Of a DNA stretch of 46,126 nt, positions 39,217-46,126 are shown piece after piece (position 1 is the first letter of the stretch; each line of letters starts with the position of its first letter). Below the pieces are notes generated by a model. That model did not search any database. It was not told where the DNA came from and was given only the letters and a program-made list of their open reading frames with translations. Source of the stretch: a virus. Location of the stretch: the IMG/VR virus record IMGVR_UViG_3300025297_000001, one strand, 5' to 3'. The position numbers and the translations under genes were made by a program.

Positions 39217-41352
39217 ATGGCGGTTACTGCTGCACTAGCTGATTCGACGTTCCGCACCGGTACCGCCTCTATCGCGAGTGTTCCTATTGGAACGGCTGCT
39301 GCTGGGCGCGTCGTTTTTGCTTTTGCGGAGGCGTTTGATCCCGGCGGCTTTGCTTTTCAATACCCGCTCACTATTGGGGGCATAACAACTTCCCGCCAGA
39401 CTGCAAGAACTTGTGCCGCGGTTGTCCCGACCGGAACAACTGCGACGTTTGCCTCGCCAAGCTCCAGCTCAATGGCTGTGGGGGGTGTATACGCATTATC
39501 GGGAAGCCCGAATGTTCGCCCTTCCGGGGTCTATTACAAAGCTTGCGCCGATACGACGACAACGCAATCTCTGTCGGTTACTTTCCCTGTCAAGGCAGGC
39601 AGCACGGTCATCGCCAAGGCGGGCAATTTTACTTCGACAACCGCCCCGACTTTCTCTGCTGGGGTTACTTCGGACGCTACGTTTACGGTAAGTGGTGCTT
39701 TAGGCTACCGCCTCGGTCATGCAGATCAAGCGTCTGCGGGAAACGTAACGGTAACCTCGACCGCCTCCGAACTTATTGTCTATGTGTTTGATACTGACGG
39801 CCCGGATTGGCTGCTCGTTGGGTTTACCAACGCGGTCGAGGTATCCAGCGGTAGCATTAATCTATCAGCCGAGCCAAGCGGCACTGCGCAAGACGATATC
39901 TTGGTCGCGACCATCAGTGCTAGAGGCAACGCTGCATTTTCCTATCCGTCAGGATGGGCGGCGGCAGCGACGGCTCAGAACAGCGGCAATACGACTTCCG
40001 GGGCTGGCGGCATTGCATCCGGCGTTCTAGGGTACGCCATCCGTGGCGCGAGCACGCCAGCCAGCTTTAATTTCACTCGGACGGGCGGCGGAATCGCTTG
40101 GGGGCGTGTCCTTTGCTTCCGCTCGTCTACGGCCGGCACCCCGTCTTATGATGCGGGATCATCTGCCACTGCGGGTAGCTCCGCAGCGACGGTCGCAGCG
40201 ACCGCTATTACGGGGGCTGTATCCAACGAACTTTTAGTTGGGTTTTCGATAGCGGGGGACAATAGCGCAGACGGTATGCACCAGCTGGTTGCTGCCACTA
40301 CGCCTGTTGCTACGGCAATGGTCGCCTTTGGGGAGGCGGACTCAAATTTCGAAGCCATTGGGGCGACGTTTTCTGGAGAAACGCTGGCTTCCGGTTCGAC
40401 CGGAACACTTACAGCGAGTTCGATCTCAGCCAATTGCCGAGCCGGATTGCTGGTCGCGTTGTTCCAGCCGCCATCGGGCGGGGGTGGGGGAAAGACCCTA
40501 ACCGCAGACGCCGGTTCCTACTCGATCTCCGGCACCGCCGCGACCATCAAGCGCGGTCGCATGCTTCCAGCCGCCGCCGGTTCGTATGCGCTGTCCGGTA
40601 CAGCCGCGACGATCCGCAAGAACAAGCCGGTAGTCGCTGGGGCAGGTAGCTACAGTCTTACGGGTACGGCAGCCACCATCAAGCATGGTTGGAAACTGGC
40701 GGCTGGTGCAGGCTCCTACGCCCTTACAGGTACGGACGCAACAGTTACCAAGGCCTCGCTCAAGGTTCTATCTGCGGGCGCAGGCTCCTATAGCATAACA
40801 GGCACAGCCGCCTCTCTGCTTCATGGCTGGAAACTTCCAGCGGGCACCGGGGCCTATTCGCTCACTGGCACAGCGGCTGCGATCAAGCACGGATATAAAA
40901 TCCCCGCCGGTGCTGGCTCCTATAGCCTCACCGGAACGGCTGCGGCTATCAAACATGGCTACAAGCTGACCGCTGGGGCTGGTTCGTACAGCCTCACTGG
41001 AACGGCTGCTGGCATTAAGCACGGCTACAAGTTGGCAGCCGGCGCTGGCTCTTACGCGCTGACGGGCTCAACGGCGACTATCGTTCTTGGCACCGGCAAG
41101 CGGCTTGCTGCCGATGTGGGCTCCTACACGCTGTCAGGCTCGAATGCATCGCTCCTGTGGGCGAAATACCTGACCGCCGGTCCTGCATCATACCTGTTTA
41201 GCGGCACTGACATCGAACTCGTCTTTGGAGTCGCGGCTGGAACGTGGGTGCCAGTGACCAAGCAAGCCGAAACCTGGACCCGAAAGAGCGAGCCATCCTC
41301 GACATGGACCGAAGTGACCAAGACTGACGAGACCTGGACGAGGATTAACTGA
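39217..41352 (+). CDS. large tail fiber/spike protein with 11 C-terminal tandem repeats
   Basis: 711 aa. Two roughly 200-aa N-terminal domains, a Gly5 linker, then the AGSY(S/A)LTGTAA repeats. Confidence 0.85.
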   Translation: MAVTAALADSTFRTGTASIASVPIGTAAAGRVVFAFAEAFDPGGFAFQYPLTIGGITTSRQTARTCAAVVPTGTTATFASPSSSSMAVGGVYALSGSPNVRPSGVYYKACADTTTTQSLSVTFPVKAGSTVIAKAGNFTSTTAPTFSAGVTSDATFTVSGALGYRLGHADQASAGNVTVTSTASELIVYVFDTDGPDWLLVGFTNAVEVSSGSINLSAEPSGTAQDDILVATISARGNAAFSYPSGWAAAATAQNSGNTTSGAGGIASGVLGYAIRGASTPASFNFTRTGGGIAWGRVLCFRSSTAGTPSYDAGSSATAGSSAATVAATAITGAVSNELLVGFSIAGDNSADGMHQLVAATTPVATAMVAFGEADSNFEAIGATFSGETLASGSTGTLTASSISANCRAGLLVALFQPPSGGGGGKTLTADAGSYSISGTAATIKRGRMLPAAAGSYALSGTAATIRKNKPVVAGAGSYSLTGTAATIKHGWKLAAGAGSYALTGTDATVTKASLKVLSAGAGSYSITGTAASLLHGWKLPAGTGAYSLTGTAAAIKHGYKIPAGAGSYSLTGTAAAIKHGYKLTAGAGSYSLTGTAAGIKHGYKLAAGAGSYALTGSTATIVLGTGKRLAADVGSYTLSGSNASLLWAKYLTAGPASYLFSGTDIELVFGVAAGTWVPVTKQAETWTRKSEPSSTWTEVTKTDETWTRIN
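40498..41229 (+). repeat. 11 tandem coding repeats of about 66 bp (22-24 aa)
   Basis: Unit L-x-AGAGSYSLTGTAATIKHGYK. The three central copies are nearly identical at the protein level. Confidence 0.9.
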
Positions 41353-43052
41353 TGCCTCTTTTGCCTTTCGGGGAATGGAAACCCGATGTCAGCGATTTTG
41401 AGGCGCAGGCGACCAAGAACATTCAGAATGTCCTGCCTCGCGGTGATGGCTATGGCCCATTCCCTGATTTCGCCATCCTGTCTCAGTCCTTGCCTTCTGC
41501 CTGTCGTGGCTCTCGCTATGTGCTGAAATCGGATGGCTCCATTGCCATCTTCGCCGGCACGGTCAATGGCCTGTATATGGCTAACAACGGAGACTTTTCG
41601 TGGATTCCGGTTGGCAGGAGGGCAACGGTTACAATCTCCTCTGCGAGCCCTGGCGTAGTATCTCTCGCATCGCATGGCTTTGCGGCCAACGAACCCGTAG
41701 CGTTCTTCAACAGTGGCGGCGCGCTGCCTGCTTCCATCACCGCTGGTACGGTTTACTACGTCAAGACAGTCCTTGGCTCCGGGACCTTCACGATCTCGGC
41801 TACGCCGGGCGGGACCGCGATCAATACCGCTTCGATAGGGACCGGCACACACTCGGTAACAGCGCACTATTCTGATCTATCTTCCGACGCTCAATGGCAA
41901 TTTGAGCAGTTCGGCAATTTGGTCAAGGCCACGCAAGAGAACGTCGTTCTTCAGAACTTTAATCTGGCTTCTGATTCTACATTTTCAGACAACGCTGGGT
42001 CGCCACCTCAGGCGGCGTATATCAGCACTGTTGGGCGCTTCCTCGTACTTTCTGGACTACTCTCCAACCCCTTCCGAATTCAATGGTCTGCCCTCAACGA
42101 TACGACGGGCTGGACCAGCGGAGTAGGCTCATCGGATTTCCAGGATTTCCCTGACGGCGGTATTGTTCGCGGCGTAGCGGGTGGTGAGTTCGGAACCGTT
42201 TTTCAGGACCAGGTTATTCGGCGGATGTCTTACATCCCCGGCTCACCCCTGATCTTCCAGATTGAACGTATCGCGCAGGATCTTGGTCTCTTTGCTGCTT
42301 ATAGCATCGTTCGCGCTGGTTCGCTGATTTTCTTTCACTCAGCGCAGGGCTTCTACAAAATCGCGCCGGGTGGACTGCCGGAGCAGATCGGAAGAGAACG
42401 GGTTGACCGGACCTTCTTCGATGATCTCGACAAGACTGAGTTGCGCATGTTCATCGGAGCCTCTGACCCGAGGTCCACCCGAGCATTCTGGGCTTACAAG
42501 TCAACTTCGGGCGTCAGCACGTTCTATGACAAGATCATTGGATACGACTACGCTCTCGACCGATGGTTTACGCTTTCGATGAGCGGTGAATACCTGCTCG
42601 GCATGTCTCAGCCCGGCATAGCTTTGGAAAGTCTCGATGCGCTGTCATCATCAATCGATGATCTGGCAGCATCACTGGACTCGTTTGCGGTTTCCACTCA
42701 GCCGCTGATCGCGCAATACGACAGCTCACATCAGCTTGGCTTCTTTTCCGGCTCCAATCTTGAGGCGACGATGGAGACGGCAGAGCAGGGGACTGACGGG
42801 CGCAGGATAAGGTTGAATGGCTTTCGGCCAGTGTGCGACGCGCCGAGCCTCTACGGATCGGCTTCCTATCGTGAGCTAGTATCGGCAAGCCCGACCTCGC
42901 TTCCTGAAGCGGCCATGAACTCCAGGACGGGTAAGGTCGATCTGATCAAATCCACGCGGTACTCAAGGATGAAAATCCGCATCCCGGCTACCACGCAGTG
43001 GACATATGCGGCGGGCGTCGAGCCTGACATCAAGCAAGAGGGTTTGGTGTGA
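41352..43052 (+). CDS. large tail (nozzle/tubular-B-like) protein
   Basis: 566 aa with N-terminus MPLLPFGEWKPDVSDF. Contains an inserted G-x-V-x-F...LP...GT-YYV...TF-IS-TPGGTAI module. Confidence 0.8.
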   Translation: MPLLPFGEWKPDVSDFEAQATKNIQNVLPRGDGYGPFPDFAILSQSLPSACRGSRYVLKSDGSIAIFAGTVNGLYMANNGDFSWIPVGRRATVTISSASPGVVSLASHGFAANEPVAFFNSGGALPASITAGTVYYVKTVLGSGTFTISATPGGTAINTASIGTGTHSVTAHYSDLSSDAQWQFEQFGNLVKATQENVVLQNFNLASDSTFSDNAGSPPQAAYISTVGRFLVLSGLLSNPFRIQWSALNDTTGWTSGVGSSDFQDFPDGGIVRGVAGGEFGTVFQDQVIRRMSYIPGSPLIFQIERIAQDLGLFAAYSIVRAGSLIFFHSAQGFYKIAPGGLPEQIGRERVDRTFFDDLDKTELRMFIGASDPRSTRAFWAYKSTSGVSTFYDKIIGYDYALDRWFTLSMSGEYLLGMSQPGIALESLDALSSSIDDLAASLDSFAVSTQPLIAQYDSSHQLGFFSGSNLEATMETAEQGTDGRRIRLNGFRPVCDAPSLYGSASYRELVSASPTSLPEAAMNSRTGKVDLIKSTRYSRMKIRIPATTQWTYAAGVEPDIKQEGLV

Positions 43053-43678
43053 CTTACTACGTTCCTGACGCGATGGAGAAAGACCCGTCAAAGGTCATTA
43101 TGTCGCTGCAGCAGGTGCATGAGAAGACGGCAGCGAACACAGACGACATCACAACAACTACGGCAGATATTGCCACCAACACCGCTGACATCGCCACCAA
43201 CACGGCGAACATAGCGACCAACACCACCAACATCACCACGCTGCAGAACACGGTTGGGCACGGCTACTTCCACGTTAACAGGAATGGCTCGAACCAGACT
43301 GGCGCGACAGGAAACGCTTATAACAAGATCCAGTTCTCCAACGAGGTCGTTGATAGTCAGAACTATTTTGACAATGCAACGAACTTCAGGTTTCAGCCGA
43401 CAAGAGCTGGATGGTATTTTTTCCATCTCAACGCCAGAGCCTCGACATCGACCAGCGACTCCCCGCAGGCCGCAATCGCTAAGAACGGCTCTGTTGTTCT
43501 GAATGGCTCCTATATGGCGGCCACATCATCTGTAACGGCCTACAGCACCGTATCAGGTCTGGTCCAATTGAACGGATCGACGGATTACGTTGAGGGCTTT
43601 GTGTTTCTGCCTACTGGGATAACGACGATCAGCGGCACTGCAACCGATACGTACATGTTCGGGTATCGCGTCGCGTGA
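43049..43678 (+). CDS. tail fiber with heptad-repeat stalk and C1q/TNF-like C-terminal domain
   Basis: ADIATNT x3-4 heptads, then GYFHVNRNG...KIQFSNEV...AGWYFFHL...IAKNGS (C1q-like jelly-roll pattern). Confidence 0.8.
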   Translation: MTYYVPDAMEKDPSKVIMSLQQVHEKTAANTDDITTTTADIATNTADIATNTANIATNTTNITTLQNTVGHGYFHVNRNGSNQTGATGNAYNKIQFSNEVVDSQNYFDNATNFRFQPTRAGWYFFHLNARASTSTSDSPQAAIAKNGSVVLNGSYMAATSSVTAYSTVSGLVQLNGSTDYVEGFVFLPTGITTISGTATDTYMFGYRVA

Positions 43679-44073
43679 GCGTAGATCTGCTCTGCGTCGA
43701 GCCCAAGGAAGTCCATCAAATCTGGCCCTACGCGGGCGGCATGATCCGAGCGGCCATAGAGCGAACCAATCTCAGCGATTTCGCGGACATCGAGCGCGGT
43801 GTTTTGGCGGGCAATCAATTGCTCTGGCTCGCAGTGAGTGACCACATTGAAGCGGCGGCAACTACGCATCTGAGCCGGGACGTATGCACGTTGACAGCGT
43901 GCAGCGGGCATCAGCGGGAGCGTTGGCTGCCTCTCTTTAAAAAGATCGAACAATACGCAGCCGCTGAAGGCTGCAAAACGATGCGCATCTACGGCCGAAA
44001 AGGCTGGGAGCGCGTCTTGGACGGCTATAGGGCCGAGTACGTAATTTTGGAGAAACAACTTGGGCGGCACTAG
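43675..44073 (+). CDS. hypothetical protein, tentatively GNAT-like acetyltransferase fold
   Basis: GTGA-coupled. ...GHQRERWLPLFKKIEQYAAAEGCKTMRIYGRKGWERVL resembles the GNAT motif A region. Assignment is weak. Confidence 0.55.
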   Translation: MSVDLLCVEPKEVHQIWPYAGGMIRAAIERTNLSDFADIERGVLAGNQLLWLAVSDHIEAAATTHLSRDVCTLTACSGHQRERWLPLFKKIEQYAAAEGCKTMRIYGRKGWERVLDGYRAEYVILEKQLGRH

Positions 44074-44923
44074 CGAGCAAAAACAGACGCAGAGCAGCAC
44101 CACGGCTCCGTGGGAAGTTGCGCAGCCTCAACTTCAGGGCATCCTTAGCCAGTTGTCGAGCAACCTCAACAATACCGGTGTAACTGGCGCGGAGAGCAAC
44201 GCCCTGACCTCAATGGTCAGCAACGCCAACAATGCGTCGGCGACCTACGCGCCTCAGATCGCGGACTATGCCAAGTCGCTATTGAGTGGCGGCGGCGCGA
44301 CCGATCAGGCGGGCAACGTCAACGCCAACTATCAGCGCTATGTCGACCAGACGAATCCGCTCGCGAGCAACACGAACTATGACCCATATTCGACGCCGGG
44401 CCTGAAGGATTATCTGTCCACGCTGACCGGGGACATTACGCAGGGCGTGAATGGTCAGTTCGCGGCGGCGGGCCGCGACTTCAGCGGCGCAAATTCGCAG
44501 GCGCTTGGCCGTGGGCTTACGCAGGGTCTCGCCCCAGTTCTTGTCAACCAATTCAACGCCAACCGTGATGCGCAGCAAGGCGCTGCAAGCAACCTCTATA
44601 ATGCAGGCAATACCAATGCGGGCATTCTCGCCGGATTGCAGCAGCAGAAGCTGACAAACCAGGGGCTAGGTGTTGACGCATCCAGCCAGGCAACGGACGC
44701 GGCTAACGCAGGGAACAATGCAACCCTGCAGGCCGAAGCGGCGCGGCGCGGCATCCCCGTACAAGCTCTCGGCTTGCTTGCGCAGATCGGCATCCCGATT
44801 GCCGGCCTGGGTGGACAGTCCACAGGCCAGTCTACCGGCACGAACACGATGAGCGGCGCGCAGCAGTTCGCCACCATCATGGGCGGCATCGGCTCACTCG
44901 GCAATCTGTGGGGCAAGAAGTAA
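44060..44923 (+). CDS. internal virion / ejection protein (Gln/Asn/Gly/Ala-rich)
   Basis: 287-aa low-complexity ORF (TTG start) in the ejection-protein block. Confidence 0.75.
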   Translation: MGGTSEQKQTQSSTTAPWEVAQPQLQGILSQLSSNLNNTGVTGAESNALTSMVSNANNASATYAPQIADYAKSLLSGGGATDQAGNVNANYQRYVDQTNPLASNTNYDPYSTPGLKDYLSTLTGDITQGVNGQFAAAGRDFSGANSQALGRGLTQGLAPVLVNQFNANRDAQQGAASNLYNAGNTNAGILAGLQQQKLTNQGLGVDASSQATDAANAGNNATLQAEAARRGIPVQALGLLAQIGIPIAGLGGQSTGQSTGTNTMSGAQQFATIMGGIGSLGNLWGKK

Positions 44924-46126
44924 ATGGGGCTGCTGGACTCTCTTTTCCAATCTGGTGGCTCTGGCGGTGGATTGCTGGATTTTCTGCGCAACAACGCGAT
45001 GAACCAGCAGTTCGGCGGCGGCTTGCAGTCTGATCAGGCCCAGTATGGATCGCCGATGGGCTCTATGGCGCAGATGCCGATCACTTCAGCACCAAGCGCT
45101 CCTATTATGGCTCAGCCACCGGCTCCGCAATCAGCTCCGCAGCAGCCGATGCAGGCGCCTACGATGCCGCAGGGGCCGGGTTTGGGTGACCGCCTAGGCG
45201 CGGGTGCTTATAACTTCGTGCACGCTGGCGGCTTACTGCCGGCGCTCTTTAACGGCGTCAGCGGCCTAGTGAGCGGGCAGATTGATAACCCCGCTGCACA
45301 GACCGCTAACCAGACCGCGGCCTATCTGCGCAAGATTGGAGTGCCTGAAGAGGCTGTGGTGGCGGCTGTCGGCAACGGTCGCGCGCCGGGCAATCCGGAA
45401 GTGCTGAAAACCTTGCTCACCAAGTACGCTAATCAGGAGAAGGTGCGGCCGGCCACGGCAGAAGAGCGCAAGCAATACGGTGCTCCCGAGAACCTTCCAA
45501 TGTCAATCGACACCACGACCGGCAAGCCGAGCTATGGCCCTGCGAACACCAGCATCAGCAACGTCATCAATGGCGAGAAGGAGCAGGACAAGGTAATCGG
45601 CAAGGGCTATGGCGAGCGGTTCAACGATATCCAGAAGGCCGGCATGCAAGCGCCCGCTGCCATCGGGACGCTGAACCTGATGGAAAAGCTCATCAGCGAC
45701 CCGAACTTCTACTCGGGCACTGGCGGCGAAGCGGCGACGACCCTCAAGAGGCTGGCTGTATCGGCCGGGATTGCGGGCGCTGATACGGCGTCGCCGAACG
45801 AGCTGTTCCAGAAGCTGTCGCAGAAGTCCGTTCTTGATGCTGCCGGCGGCTCACTCGGAACCGGGTTTTCGAACGCCGACCGCGATTACCTCAACGGCAC
45901 AGTTGCTAACCTCAGCAACACGCCAGAGGGCAATAAGAAGATCATCGAGATCGGCCGGCAGGTTCAGCAACGCAATGTCGAAATTGCGAAGCAGGCTCGA
46001 GAGTACGCCAAGGCCCATAACGGCCGGCTGGACTCCGGCTTCGAGGATCAGATTGCCGAATACGCGGAGAAGAATCCGCTGTTTGCCAATGCTGCACCAA
46101 TTCCGAAGGCAGCAACTCCACAGTAC
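44924..46126 (+). CDS. internal virion / ejection protein, 5' part of the wrap-around gene (continues at 128..199)
   Basis: ATG follows the upstream TAA directly. Exactly 401 codons are open to the window end, and the last 127 nt equal the window start. Confidence 0.8.
   Translation, partial: MGLLDSLFQSGGSGGGLLDFLRNNAMNQQFGGGLQSDQAQYGSPMGSMAQMPITSAPSAPIMAQPPAPQSAPQQPMQAPTMPQGPGLGDRLGAGAYNFVHAGGLLPALFNGVSGLVSGQIDNPAAQTANQTAAYLRKIGVPEEAVVAAVGNGRAPGNPEVLKTLLTKYANQEKVRPATAEERKQYGAPENLPMSIDTTTGKPSYGPANTSISNVINGEKEQDKVIGKGYGERFNDIQKAGMQAPAAIGTLNLMEKLISDPNFYSGTGGEAATTLKRLAVSAGIAGADTASPNELFQKLSQKSVLDAAGGSLGTGFSNADRDYLNGTVANLSNTPEGNKKIIEIGRQVQQRNVEIAKQAREYAKAHNGRLDSGFEDQIAEYAEKNPLFANAAPIPKAATPQY

Noticed and set aside
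40498-41229. Regular ~66-bp tandem repeats considered as a possible CRISPR array or non-coding satellite
   Set aside because: The repeats are contiguous with no unique spacers. They are in frame within a 711-aa ORF and are conserved at the amino-acid level, so they are coding repeats of a fiber protein.
39217-43678. Diversity-generating retroelement (TR/VR pair plus reverse transcriptase) of the kind found in BPP-1-like podoviruses
   Set aside because: No reverse-transcriptase motif (YxDD) appears in any ORF. I found no second near-identical copy of any fiber 3' end that could act as a template repeat.

Overview
The window is one complete, circularly closed phage genome. Bases 1-127 are identical to 46000-46126, so the unit length is about 45,999 bp. 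It looks like a temperate, podovirus-like dsDNA phage of a GC-rich host. An alphaproteobacterial (Rhizobiales-like) host is my inference from a GapR/DUF2312 homolog, a DUF1376 replication protein and CTTGAC/CTATAT-type promoter elements. Layout: (i) + strand 44060->wrap->3639 holds ejection/internal virion proteins, a tail lysozyme and a tail-collar fiber. (ii) A minus-strand methyltransferase moron lies at 3632-4246. (iii) 4423-6719 is the lysis cassette (SAR endolysin, holin, overlapped spanins). (iv) 6720-8472 holds an exonuclease, an HNH-AP2 homing endonuclease and DUF4406. (v) A long minus-strand early operon runs 20287->8459. It carries Rad52-type annealase, an SSB-tail protein, Ref/DUF968 nuclease, an HNH endonuclease, a C5-cytosine MTase, a DpdA-like plus NDT-like pair, Xis, tyrosine integrase, attP and an MT-A70 adenine MTase. 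(vi) The immunity region is at 20288-21083 (CI-like repressor flanked by divergent promoters sharing TTGCGCAA operators, then a Cro-like gene). (vii) The + strand replication/regulation module (22060-26058) has a DnaA domain-IV protein, VRR-NUC, GapR-like, DUF1376 and HNH. (viii) The packaging, head and tail module (26357-44073) has TerL, a split portal, an FkbM methyltransferase plus a TPR/GT9-like glycosyltransferase, scaffold, SU10-type capsid, a repeat-rich fiber, a nozzle protein and a C1q-like fiber. The two strongest candidates for undescribed biology are these: (a) a translationally coupled DpdA-like transglycosylase plus nucleoside-deoxyribosyltransferase-like pair, a putative DNA base-exchange or hypermodification module with no preQ0 synthesis genes; (b) an FkbM methyltransferase plus TPR-glycosyltransferase pair between portal and scaffold, together with a third methyltransferase moron next to the tail fiber, a putative virion or host-surface glycan modification system. 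Also notable is an A10 tract where a -1 slip fuses two ORFs. Several genes show frame disruptions (portal, C5-MTase, DUF1376 gene); these could be biology or assembly indels. All homology statements come from motif recognition by eye, not from searches.
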